Assembly: GCA_031409335.1 (NCBI GenBank)
Contig: JANNWY010000073.1
Span: forward strand, 1 to 15,278
DNA from: Chthoniobacteraceae bacterium
GTDB taxonomy: Bacteria; Verrucomicrobiota; Verrucomicrobiia; Chthoniobacterales; Chthoniobacteraceae
Length of the DNA: 15,278 nt
Reading direction: 5' to 3'
Shown: positions 6,814 to 15,278 of the stretch, piece by piece
Layout of the letters: the number at the start of each line of letters is the position of its first letter
Numbering within the stretch: the stretch's first letter is position 1
Program-made: the position numbers and the translations under genes
The notes under the pieces: model-generated
Databases searched by the model: none
What the model was told of the DNA's origin: nothing
The model's input: only the letters and a program-made list of their open reading frames with translations

Positions 6814-8481
6814 TCAGGCGGGTTTGAAAAACGCGCTCATCTCGTCGCCAAAATATTGAAGCGCATTTTTGATCGGCAAGGGCACGCCGCCGCCGAGTGC
6901 GCAGAGCGACGTGAGTTCCATGGTTTCGAGCAGGTCGTCGATGAGCGTGCGGTCGATCTTGTAGCTGCTGTCGCTGCGCGCCTTCGCGACGAGCTCCGCG
7001 CCGCGCGTGCTGCCGAGGCGGCAGGGGAAGCATTTGCCGCAGCTCTCGTCGGCGGTGAATTGGAAGAGGTGCTGGATGTATTCGATCATCGGGAACGACT
7101 CCGGGATGCTCACGACGCCCGCATGGCCGAGCAGGAATTCCGCTTTCTAAAACGACTCGAAATCCACGGTTAGAAAAGCGATCTTGCCCACCGGCACGAT
7201 GCCGCCGAGCGGCCCGCCGATTTGCACGGCCTTCACCGGTTTCCAAAAACCGCCCGCCATCCCGTACAGCACATCCTCCAGCGGCGTGCCCATCGCCACT
7301 TCGTAGATGCCGGGTTTGCGAAAGGCGCTGTCGAGCGACAGCAGTTTCGGCCCGGTGCTGTGCTCGGTGCCGATGGCCGCGTAGCCTTTTCCGCCGAGCG
7401 TCAGCACTGCGCGGATGTTAGAGAAAGTCTCCACGTTATTCAGGATCGTCGGCTTCCGATACAGCCCTTCCTGCGTGGGAAATGGCGGGCGCACGCGGAC
7501 CTCGGGACGCTGCCCTTCGATGCTCGCGAGCAGCGCCGTTTCCTCCCCGCAAATATACGCGCCCGCACCCTTGATCGTCTTGATCTCAAAGTCGAACCCG
7601 CTGCCCTGAATATTCGCGCCCAGCCATCCCGTATCGCGCAGCTCCCGCACCGCCGCGTTCATGCGCGTGATGGAATCCGGATACTCCGCGCGGATGTAAA
7701 GCACCCCGACCTGCGCCCCCGCAAACCACCCCGCCGCGATCATCCCGAAGAGCACCGAATGCGGCTGCTCCTCCATCAGATACTTGTCGATGTAAGCGCC
7801 CGGATCGCCCTCGTCCGCATTGCACACGATGTATTTCACACCGCCCGCTGCCTCGCGGCACGACTGCCATTTCACATGCACCGGAAAGCCCGCCCCGCCG
7901 CGCCCGCGCAGCTTCGACTCGCGCAGTTCCACGAGCATCGCGTCGCGATCCCGCGCCAGCCATGCGCGCAGCGGCCCGTAGTAGGCTTCGATGCCGGGAA
8001 AAGGCGCAGTAAGAATCGGCTCCGCCAGCGCGGAGACCACCGCATAGCGATCCGCCGCATCCCCTTCCCCCGTCGCAAACAACTCCGCGAGCTGCCGCGG
8101 CTCGCGCCCGGAAAAATTCCGCCCCTCGTACTGAAACGCCCCGCCCGTGTGACACCGCCCGAGGCAGCAGATGTGCCCGATCTCCTCCGCCGGAAAATGC
8201 CCGCCCAAATCCGCGCGCAGCTTCTCCTGCGTCCCCGCGCAAAGGCACGCCGAGCCATTGCAGATGAAGACTTTCTTCCCCGCGTTCTCCTTCTTCAGAA
8301 AATCGTAAAACGAAACCGCGCCGAGCGTGATCGCATCGCCAAACAGCGACTCCTCGCCGAGCGCGCGCACCGTGTCCGGTGCAGCGGCACTGCCCGTCTC
8401 ATCCGCGGCCTCGACCATCCGCTCGAACAGATTCTTTGCGGCGCTTTTGCGAAATGACAGGGCACTGAGATTTTCAGACAT
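6814..8481 (-). pseudogene. NuoE/NuoF-like NAD(H)-binding flavoprotein (formate dehydrogenase beta/FdsB- or HoxF-type) interrupted by an in-frame TAG at 7147..7149
   Basis: N-terminal 2Fe-2S Cys motifs (CNGSAC...CLGRC) and FMN/NADH motifs LRGRGGAGFP, NADEGDPG and GAGAYICGEETAL. Past the TAG the same frame continues KAEFLLGHAGVVSIPESFPM... into the 4Fe-4S motif ESCGKCFPCRLG...SLCALG and stops at 6814. ORFs 7147..8481 and 6814..7113 are therefore one interrupted gene. Confidence 0.8.
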
Positions 8482-8584
8482 GATTCAGGAGGCAGGAAGA
8501 CTGGGATGTTCAAAGCACGGTCTGCGGATTTTTGCCACTGCTCTTGGAGCTTGGGGAGCTTCTTTTTCGCGCGAGGAAGGGTGA

Positions 8585-8738
8585 GGATGTGGTTAAAAGT
8601 GGTGCAAGCTGCCGGAGTGAATCGTGCTCGTCCTCGTCCTCCTGCTCGTTCTTGATGGGAGCTAAAATTTTCGAGTAGGAGTAGGAGGACGAGGACGAGG
8701 ACGGATTGCCGCCCTATGCACCACTTTAAATCACACCC
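8585..8738. mobile_element. 154-bp MITE-like non-autonomous element with 22-bp TIRs and a 9-bp target-site duplication
   Basis: Left TIR 8585..8606 (GGATGTGGTTAAAAGTGGTGCA) matches the reverse complement of 8717..8738 (GGGTGTGATTTAAAGTGGTGCA) at 19/22. A perfect GAAGGGTGA direct repeat abuts both ends (8576..8584 and 8739..8747). No transposase. Confidence 0.8.
8623..8703. repeat. Hexamer-based (CTCGTC/GACGAG)n inverted repeat inside the MITE
   Basis: Arms 8623..8655 and 8671..8703 are reverse complements at 28/33 positions, with a 15-nt loop. Confidence 0.85.
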
Positions 8739-8833
8739 GAAGGGTGAATCGCGCACGGCAGCCAGCTCTTGTTGATGGTCAGTTCTGCTTTGGGTCGCTT
8801 TGGGTTTGCGGCGGGGCGGGACGATGGTTGGTG

Positions 8834-8849
8834 CGGCGCAATGCTTGCT
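8834..8849 (+). promoter_or_regulatory. Candidate sigma-54 (-24/-12) promoter of the HDOD gene
   Basis: CGGCGCAATGCTTGCT vs consensus TGGCACGNNNNTTGCW. GG (8835-8836) and GC (8847-8848) are separated by exactly 10 nt, about 50 bp upstream of ATG 8899. Confidence 0.45.
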
Positions 8850-8898
8850 TCTCGACGGATGATTTGCATCCTCACCGTCTGCGAATCACGAATGCGAA

Positions 8899-9744
8899 AT
8901 GGATAAAATCGATCAACTTTTGGAGGGCGTGGAAAAGCTGCCGCCCGCGCCAAAACTGCTGCCGCAGTTGATGCACGCGCTTTCGGACATCGACTGCGAC
9001 ATGAGTGCGGTGGTCGATATGATCACGTTTGATCCGGGCCTGACCGCGCGGCTGCTGCAAATGTGCAACAGCGCGTATTTCGGACTGCCGCGCCGCGTCG
9101 CGAGCGTGTCCGAGGCGGTGGCCCGCCTCGGCTTTCACGAGGTGTACCACGTGGTCGCGATCATGAGTGGCGAGAAATTCCTGCGCCCTTCAAATGCGTC
9201 GGGGATCGATATCGAGCGCATGTGGAAACACGCGGTGATCACCGCTTTCGCCGCGCGCTTTGTGGCGCGGGGGATTCGCGCGGACCCCGACATGCTGTTC
9301 ACCGCCGGCCTGCTCCACGACATCGGCAAGGTGCCGATGGCCGAAGCGTTGAAGGGCGAATACACCGAACTCATCACCGACATCTCGCTAAACGGACGCG
9401 CCCTCGTCGCGCTCGAAAACGCGAGTTTTGAACTCAACCACGCGGAGGTCGCGGGCCGCTTGCTCGACCAGTGGAAGTTCGCCCCGGAATTCATCGCCAG
9501 CGTTCGCTTCCATCATGATTCGGCAGCGGCTGGCGACCACGCGAAATTTGCAGCGTGCGTGGAGGTGGCTGACGCGCTCGCGCACACCGTCGCGGATTTG
9601 AAGCCGGACGAGGAGCCGCAGGAGGTGTTGATGCCCGAGGTAATGGAAGTCCTCAGAATGTCCGCAGCGGACGTTTCCGCTCACCAGAAAGCGATCCTGG
9701 CGAGCTGGGAATCGGTGGAGAAAATGTGCCGGCTAGTGCGTTGA
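8899..9744 (+). CDS. Stand-alone HDOD domain signal-transduction protein
   Basis: LPPAP...DPGLTARLLQMCNSAYFG...SVSEAVARLG...WKHA...FTAGLLHDIGK...NHAEV...W.F...FHH are typical HDOD motifs. Confidence 0.9.
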   Translation: MDKIDQLLEGVEKLPPAPKLLPQLMHALSDIDCDMSAVVDMITFDPGLTARLLQMCNSAYFGLPRRVASVSEAVARLGFHEVYHVVAIMSGEKFLRPSNASGIDIERMWKHAVITAFAARFVARGIRADPDMLFTAGLLHDIGKVPMAEALKGEYTELITDISLNGRALVALENASFELNHAEVAGRLLDQWKFAPEFIASVRFHHDSAAAGDHAKFAACVEVADALAHTVADLKPDEEPQEVLMPEVMEVLRMSAADVSAHQKAILASWESVEKMCRLVR

Positions 9745-10614
9745 CCGCGCGCGTTGCCTGAAGGATGCGGCGAGACGCTGGCGCACGGGGGCGCAAAATA
9801 ACCAGCCCGGATGCCGCAGTAGCGCGGCCATGAACGACGGACGCACGCTGGCGGATTGGTAAAGATCGTAAGCGAGTTCGGTGCGGAGACGGCGGAGAGC
9901 GCGTGCGCTGATCTCGGGTGAACTCGCGAGATTCTCGGCAAGGATCGCGCGGATTTCGGCGTTGGCTGTGACGGTATCGACCGACTTCTGCGCATCATGC
10001 AGACGGAAGCGGACGAATGTTTCGGGCACCCGCGCCACGCGCGCGCCGGCGCGGAAACAGCGCACCCAGAAGTCGTAGTCGAACGCGAGATTGTAGCGCT
10101 CGTCGAATGTGCCAACGCGGTCCTTCAACACGCGCCGGTAAAAGACTTCCGGCTGCACCCATTGCCGTTTTCCCCACCAGACGCGGAAGATATCAAGCGC
10201 GTCTTCCAGATCGCGGATATCACCGAGATGCGTGCCGATCGCGCGGCCTGCAAAGTCGATCAACTCGATCCCGCCTTGCACGAGGTCGACGTTCGGATTC
10301 TCCGCAAAGGCGGCGCACACTTTTTTGAGCACTCCGGACGCGAGCACATCGTCGCCATTGAGAAAGCCGAGCACATCACCGGTTGCGTGCGTGAAGCCTT
10401 TGTTGATCGCATCGACCTGCCCGCGGTCGCGCTCGCTCACCCACCACGCGAGGCGCGATTCATGGCGGCGGATGATGTCCGCCGTGCCATCGGTACTGCC
10501 GCCATCGCAGACGATGTATTCGAGATCCACGCCCTGCTGATCGAGCACCGAGCGAATCGTTTCCTCGATGGTCGCGACGGCGTTGTAGCAAGGCGTGACG
10601 ATGCTGACTTTCAT
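9733..10614 (-). CDS. Glycosyltransferase family 2
   Basis: MKVSIVTPCYN...EYIVCDGGSTDGT...SERDRGQVDAINKG...FLNGDD...DYDFW. The start at 10614 overlaps the GT4 stop (ATGA coupling). Confidence 0.9.
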   Translation of the reverse strand: MKVSIVTPCYNAVATIEETIRSVLDQQGVDLEYIVCDGGSTDGTADIIRRHESRLAWWVSERDRGQVDAINKGFTHATGDVLGFLNGDDVLASGVLKKVCAAFAENPNVDLVQGGIELIDFAGRAIGTHLGDIRDLEDALDIFRVWWGKRQWVQPEVFYRRVLKDRVGTFDERYNLAFDYDFWVRCFRAGARVARVPETFVRFRLHDAQKSVDTVTANAEIRAILAENLASSPEISARALRRLRTELAYDLYQSASVRPSFMAALLRHPGWLFCAPVRQRLAASFRQRARSTH

Positions 10615-11729
10615 CGCGGGTAGTAGGCGAGACAGTGATCCGCGACTTTTGCCCACGAGAATTTTCGGGCGAAAGCGATGCAAGCGTCCGCATCGAAGCG
10701 GACATTGCCGGAGAGACATTTTGCGAGCGCGCCACCGATGCCCGCGACCGTGGGCTCATTCACGAAGAAGCCGCTGATGCCTTCATCGACAGCCTCAACG
10801 GAGCCGCCGATGCGCGCGGCGAGTGACGGGCAGCCGCAGGCGTTTGCCTCCAGATATACGAGCCCGAAGCCTTCATACGCGACCGGCGTCGAGGAGGTCG
10901 TGAGGATGAAAAGATCGCTGTCGAGCAGTCGGGCGTTGAGCTGTGGACGATCGAGAAATCCGGTGAACGTGACGCGGTCGGCGAGGCCGAGATCGTCCAC
11001 CAGCTTTTCATAGGAAGCGCGCAGGTAGCCGTCGCCGACGATCGTGTAGTGGAATGCGTGCGCGTCGCGAATCTTCGCCAGCGCGCGCAGCACGAGGTCC
11101 ACATTTTTGTGCGGCTCCGCGAGTCGGCAGACGGTGATCAAACGCGCCGGCCCGCCACGGCGCGACGGGCTTGGACCCGCGAAACAATCCTCGGAAACAC
11201 CGACCATCGCCGCGGAAGTTTTCCCAGCGCAGCCGGGATGCGTCTGGATCAGCCGCCGTTCGGTGTAGCGGCTGTTTGCGAAAATGTGCGCCGCTCTCGG
11301 CAGCGATCTTTTTACCAGAAGCCATGTGAGCCAGCCGCCGAGCCAGTGGTCTGCATTGCTGCCAAACGGCAGACCGAATCGCTGACGAAAATCGAGTCGC
11401 GCGACCGGATGATACGGCGCGAGAAAATCGTTGCCATGAACGGTCACGAACACGCGCGGATGTCCGAGCGCAAGCCAGGAATACGACGCATTCATCGCGT
11501 GCCAGAGGTCGATGTCGGCGCGGAGGATTTGGCGATCAAAGCGGCGGCGCAATTTGAGCACGGGCGCGATGCGAAACGGCGCGGAGGCCAGTTCGCCGCC
11601 GGGATGCGGCGTGGTGAAGACGGTGACGTCGTGCCCGCGCCGCGCGAGTTCCCGCGTGAACTCGAACGCATAAGTTTGGATGCCGCCTTTCTCGGGGGGG
11701 AATTCGGGTGAGACGATGCCGACTTTCAT
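10611..11729 (-). CDS. Glycosyltransferase family 4 (GT-B)
   Basis: FPPEKGGIQTY, ANSRYT, RL..HKNVD, VGDG and EGFGLVYLEANACG (EX7E motif). Confidence 0.92.
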   Translation of the reverse strand: MKVGIVSPEFPPEKGGIQTYAFEFTRELARRGHDVTVFTTPHPGGELASAPFRIAPVLKLRRRFDRQILRADIDLWHAMNASYSWLALGHPRVFVTVHGNDFLAPYHPVARLDFRQRFGLPFGSNADHWLGGWLTWLLVKRSLPRAAHIFANSRYTERRLIQTHPGCAGKTSAAMVGVSEDCFAGPSPSRRGGPARLITVCRLAEPHKNVDLVLRALAKIRDAHAFHYTIVGDGYLRASYEKLVDDLGLADRVTFTGFLDRPQLNARLLDSDLFILTTSSTPVAYEGFGLVYLEANACGCPSLAARIGGSVEAVDEGISGFFVNEPTVAGIGGALAKCLSGNVRFDADACIAFARKFSWAKVADHCLAYYPR

Positions 11730-11763
11730 TCAGGCGCGTTTGGCGAACGCGAGAGGAGCGCCA

Positions 11764-12393
11764 TCACCGCTCGAAGACGAGCAAATTGTCCGCCCAAATA
11801 TCGTCGCAAGCCTTGAGTTGCGCGGTCGCGTTTTCATCGTGGCGATAGCCCCGCTTCTGGAAGTGGCCGATCCAGTATTCCGGCGGTTGTTCATTGAAAT
11901 GGCCGGCACCGCCCTGGCCGGGACGCGCGGCGGTGATGACGATTCGGTTGCCGTGGTTGGCAAAACTGCGCAGCAGGTTTTCGACGTAGCGCGGATGGAT
12001 TTGCTCCACGACCTCGAAAGAATAGACGAGATCGAACGTGCGACCGAGATCGAGAGCTTCGTTGAGATTCCAGCACATCGCCTTTTCAGGATGCGGCGAT
12101 GCCGCGATCGCTTCCGGTGAGCCTTCGATGCCCTGCACGTCGGTGATTCCCGACTTTAGAAAAAAATCCACCGTCTGCCCGGTGCCCTGCCCCAGATCGA
12201 GGATCGAGCGTGGCTGAAAAAGTTCGAGCATGCGCGTGAGCATTTTCACCGGGCAGGAGCCTGCCATCGAGAGTTCAGCGGGCGAGTGAAAGATGCTGTT
12301 TCGCGTGACGATCATCCGGACCCGGCTGGCGACGTTGAAAATGTGGCGCGGATGAGCGGCAACTTTGCGCAGCGTGCGAGTGATGGATGCCAT
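11764..12393 (-). CDS. Class I SAM-dependent methyltransferase (glycan-locus type)
   Basis: SAM motif ILDLGQGTG, plus FDLVYSFEVVEQI and PGQGGAGHFNEQPPEYW. Lies inside the glycan operon. Confidence 0.8.
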   Translation of the reverse strand: MASITRTLRKVAAHPRHIFNVASRVRMIVTRNSIFHSPAELSMAGSCPVKMLTRMLELFQPRSILDLGQGTGQTVDFFLKSGITDVQGIEGSPEAIAASPHPEKAMCWNLNEALDLGRTFDLVYSFEVVEQIHPRYVENLLRSFANHGNRIVITAARPGQGGAGHFNEQPPEYWIGHFQKRGYRHDENATAQLKACDDIWADNLLVFER

Positions 12394-12453
12394 GTTGTCG
12401 GGTCGGGTCGAGTCGATTGTTACGACCCAGACAAAGCGGCCCCTGTGCCCGAC

Positions 12454-13380
12454 TCACTGTGGCAGGAAACCTTTTTCGAGCAATTCGCGGATGCCTTCGC
12501 GATACATGAGCGGTCGCATCGGGCCGGCGTAGTGGCGGCTGGGCGCGCCGGGATTTCGCGGGCCGGGATGCACGTCGTATTCGGCGGGGAGCATTTGGAA
12601 TCCGTACTTCGCGCTGCACAGCGCGACGAGCGTTTGCTCGATTTGGTGCGGGTGGCTGAGGATGCCGGGGAGCGCGAGGAATTGCTCGATCCAGTCGAGC
12701 CGCAGCGACGCGCGGTGGATGAGGCCGAGGCCGGAATTGATGAGCGCTGGGCAGTCGATGCCGAGCGCGGCGGGGTCGATCGTATAGCCGTCGCGCCAGT
12801 CTTTGTTCAGCGTGTTCTTTGTGAAATGGGGATCGTCGAGCGCGGCGAGGAGAGCGGTGGGTTTGTCGAAAAACAGGATGTCGCTATCGAGCAGGATCAT
12901 GCGGTCGGCTTCGAGGAATGCGGCGAAGTCGAAGACTTTGAGTGAAAGCGTGTTCCTCGCGCGGAGGCTTTCGCAGCGGAGGAATGGCGCGAGCATTTCC
13001 GCGGCACGAGCATCGGCTTCGACGCGGGAGATGATTCGCGCGGAGGGAAATGCCGTGCGCAGATGTTCGAGCGCGCGGGCGGTCAGCGTGCCGTCGTCGT
13101 GAATGCAGAGCGCGTAATTTCGTCCAGTGGCTTTCTGAAATGTGCGCAGCGCCCAGATCAGATTCAGCCAGTCGTCCGCGGACGTGAGGACATGGATTTC
13201 GCAACTGCGATCCTCCGGCAAATCCGATGTTGGCATCGAGAGAATCCGCGGTCGCACTTCATCGCGGTAGTAGGCGACACGCAGGCCGTCGGCGAATTTC
13301 GTCTTCAGCAGATAGACCAGCCGGCCCGCGGTGATGGGATGATTTCCCCAATCGAGGCGGAGAAGCCAGTGGACGCTCAT
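12454..13380 (-). CDS. Putative GT-A-fold glycosyltransferase (GT8-like)
   Basis: IHDDGTL, ILLDSDILFF (DxD), INSGL, EQT and HYAG motifs. The start MSVHW at 13380 overlaps the FkbM stop (TGATG). Confidence 0.6.
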   Translation of the reverse strand: MSVHWLLRLDWGNHPITAGRLVYLLKTKFADGLRVAYYRDEVRPRILSMPTSDLPEDRSCEIHVLTSADDWLNLIWALRTFQKATGRNYALCIHDDGTLTARALEHLRTAFPSARIISRVEADARAAEMLAPFLRCESLRARNTLSLKVFDFAAFLEADRMILLDSDILFFDKPTALLAALDDPHFTKNTLNKDWRDGYTIDPAALGIDCPALINSGLGLIHRASLRLDWIEQFLALPGILSHPHQIEQTLVALCSAKYGFQMLPAEYDVHPGPRNPGAPSRHYAGPMRPLMYREGIRELLEKGFLPQ

Positions 13381-14303
13381 CACTGACTGGCGCTTGGGCG
13401 GAGGCGTGTGCGGGCGGCGGCAGGATACTTGAGCGCAAGGAGATTGACGTTTGGAAACGGATCGCAAATCGCGAACGGCACGACGGCTTCCGCCGTTTCA
13501 CCGACGGTGAACATCTGGAAGCCGAGCCGCTCCAGCGTGCGATACAACGCGGCGCACGAGGAGCCCGCCAGTTGCGCCGCTTCTTCCGTGAACTCGACGC
13601 AAAGCGCGGGCGCATTCGCGGCGGAGAGAAGTTTTTCAGCGCCGATGAGCACCTGATTCTCCCAGCCTTCCACGTCGATCTTCATCGCGGTGATGCGGCC
13701 ATCGAGCCGGTGCTGGCCGACGAAGGAATCGAGCGTGACGGTCTGCACCGTCTCCTGTCCGCCGGGCTCGCCCATGTAAGGTTTGCCGAGCGAATTCCAT
13801 GCGTCGAACCCGTCCTTCGCGAGCGAAAGCTGCGCCTCGGCATTGGCGTCTGAAAGCGCGATGCGATGGCACGAAACGCTGCGGATAGCGTTCAACCGCA
13901 CATTTTCCTCGAGCCTGGAAAAGGTCTGCGTGCAGGGTTCAAACGCGTGGACTTCCCCGTGAATCCCGACGATGCGCGCCGCCGCAATCGTGTAGAGGCC
14001 GACGTTTGCGCCGATGTCGAGGAAGACATCACCGGGCCGCAGATACGCATCGAGAAAGCTGCGCGTCTCGGGCTCAAACTGATTGAAATACAGCATCTCG
14101 CAGAGCCGACTGTCGCCGTAGAGCCGCATCCGCACGCCGCCGCCGAGCGAGCGCACGATCGAGTTCGGCGTGCCGCGGATCGCGTCCCAGCGCGCGTGGT
14201 CGCGGACGAACCGCCGGTTGTGCAATCCCTTCCGAATGCGCTGCGGCACGAACGTCTCATAGGCGCGGCGCGCGAGTCGGCTGAGTGGGGTTTGGGAAAT
14301 CAT
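13380..14303 (-). CDS. FkbM family methyltransferase
   Basis: [36 protein letters not shown]. The start MISQ at 14303 overlaps the Wzt stop (ATGA). Confidence 0.9.
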   Translation of the reverse strand: MISQTPLSRLARRAYETFVPQRIRKGLHNRRFVRDHARWDAIRGTPNSIVRSLGGGVRMRLYGDSRLCEMLYFNQFEPETRSFLDAYLRPGDVFLDIGANVGLYTIAAARIVGIHGEVHAFEPCTQTFSRLEENVRLNAIRSVSCHRIALSDANAEAQLSLAKDGFDAWNSLGKPYMGEPGGQETVQTVTLDSFVGQHRLDGRITAMKIDVEGWENQVLIGAEKLLSAANAPALCVEFTEEAAQLAGSSCAALYRTLERLGFQMFTVGETAEAVVPFAICDPFPNVNLLALKYPAAARTRLRPSASQ

Positions 14304-15277
14304 GCGACGGTGATGAGGCCCGGTTGGTCCGTGCGCTCGACTTTCCACTCGATCGCGGGGCAGAGGGTGCCGGGCCATTTTTCGGGAAAGTGGGACGCTT
14401 GATTTCCCGCGCCGCCGACATTGAAGGAAAGGTATTCCGAATCCGGGATGATCCAGCGTTCGCCGGGCACGCCGCAGCCGACGGCGATGACGTAGGTGCG
14501 CCGGTTCAGCAGGCGTCCGGGGATGATGCACGAGGTGATGTAGCGCCCCGGCTCCTGCTGCTCGTCTTGAAAAAGATGATCGGTCGCGGCAAAGGCGAGT
14601 TCGCCCTCCTGCGTCTGGAGCAGCATGTGAAAACGATTTCCGCGCAGCCGCTTTTTCAGCTCGTAGTGAATCTCGAAACGGATCGGCTTATCCGCTTCAA
14701 AAACGGATTGCGGCTTCTCGCTGCCGGGTTCGAGCAGGCGGAGATGGCGCAGCCGCACTTCGTCATTGCCCGGCGCGTCGTCGCCGCTCCACGAGATTTC
14801 GCCGCGGCTGTTTTCGTCCTTCGGCATTCCCGAGGAAAGATAGTGCGTGATGACATCGCCGGGCGCGCCCTGCATCGCGAGCCGGCCATCTTCAATGAGC
14901 AGCGCACGCTCGCAGAGGCCGCGGATCGCGGACATGTTGTGGCTCACGAAAAGAACGGTGTGGCCCTGCTTCGAGGTGACATCGCCCATTTTGCCGAGGC
15001 ACTTCTGCTGGAACATCGCGTCGCCTACCGCGAGCACTTCATCGACGATCAGGATTTCAGGTTCGAGGTGCGCCGCGACGGCGAAAGCGAGCCGCACATA
15101 CATGCCGCTGGAATAGCGCTTCACCGGCGTGTCGATGAAGCTGCCGATCTCCGAGAAGTCCACGATTTCATCAAAACGCCGCGCGATCTCCGCGCGTTTC
15201 ATTCCGAGGATGACGCCGTTCAGGAAAATGTTTTCGCGTCCCGTGAGTTCGGGGTGGAAGCCGGTGCCGACTTCGAG
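14300..15277 (-). CDS. wzt: Polysaccharide ABC transporter ATP-binding subunit (Wzt/TagH-like) with C-terminal extension; 5'-truncated by the window edge
   Basis: The frame is open to the window edge ([21 protein letters not shown]). Signature [32 protein letters not shown] and H-loop LFVSH. The C-terminal extension is consistent with the Wzt carbohydrate-binding domain. Confidence 0.92.
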   Translation of the reverse strand, partial: LEVGTGFHPELTGRENIFLNGVILGMKRAEIARRFDEIVDFSEIGSFIDTPVKRYSSGMYVRLAFAVAAHLEPEILIVDEVLAVGDAMFQQKCLGKMGDVTSKQGHTVLFVSHNMSAIRGLCERALLIEDGRLAMQGAPGDVITHYLSSGMPKDENSRGEISWSGDDAPGNDEVRLRHLRLLEPGSEKPQSVFEADKPIRFEIHYELKKRLRGNRFHMLLQTQEGELAFAATDHLFQDEQQEPGRYITSCIIPGRLLNRRTYVIAVGCGVPGERWIIPDSEYLSFNVGGAGNQASHFPEKWPGTLCPAIEWKVERTDQPGLITVA

Positions 15278-15278
15278 C

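Noticed and set aside
7147..7149. Genome-wide TAG reassignment or selenocysteine
   Set aside because: TAG terminates other genes here (2006..2008, 9733..9735). Sec uses TGA, and this position is not a Cys ligand.
8623..8703. CRISPR array or rho-independent terminator
   Set aside because: No repeat-spacer periodicity. It lies between divergent gene starts and inside TIRs rather than after a stop codon.
8295..8756. 153-aa ORF with a VLVLVLLLLL hydrophobic run
   Set aside because: The run is just the translated hexamer repeat of the MITE, and the ORF overlaps the nuoF-like gene out of frame.
14304..14531. ORF-track N-terminal extensions of FkbM (to 14531), GT-A (to 13467) and GT2 (to 10719)
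   Set aside because: They overlap the upstream genes out of frame. The downstream starts give exact stop/start coupling.

Overview
GC-rich bacterial window, probably Verrucomicrobiota. This is inferred from a PEP-CTERM gene, the Verrucomicrobia-type C-terminal domains and the intergenic repeat types. Left half (+ strand): two tandem paralogous large secreted proteins (the first is 5'-truncated), built from SLRxA-type/Pmp-like beta-helix modules, choice-of-anchor Q-like modules, a tectonin-like repeat pair and a shared C-terminal domain. Their last ~1.76 kb are colinear at a constant offset of 3771 bp. A REP-like inverted doublet with compensatory base changes separates them, and a PEP-CTERM gene follows. 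Centre: an orphan NuoE/NuoF-like (FdsB/HoxF-type) flavoprotein gene on the - strand is interrupted by one in-frame TAG. About 100 bp upstream of it lies a 154-bp MITE-like element with 22-bp TIRs and a perfect 9-bp target-site duplication, followed by a divergent HDOD gene with a candidate sigma-54 promoter. Right half (- strand): the 3' part of an ABC-transporter-dependent glycan operon (Wzt, FkbM methyltransferase, GT-A-fold protein, class I methyltransferase, GT4, GT2). Most speculative idea: the tectonin-like surface proteins may recognise the O-methylated glycan made by the neighbouring operon.
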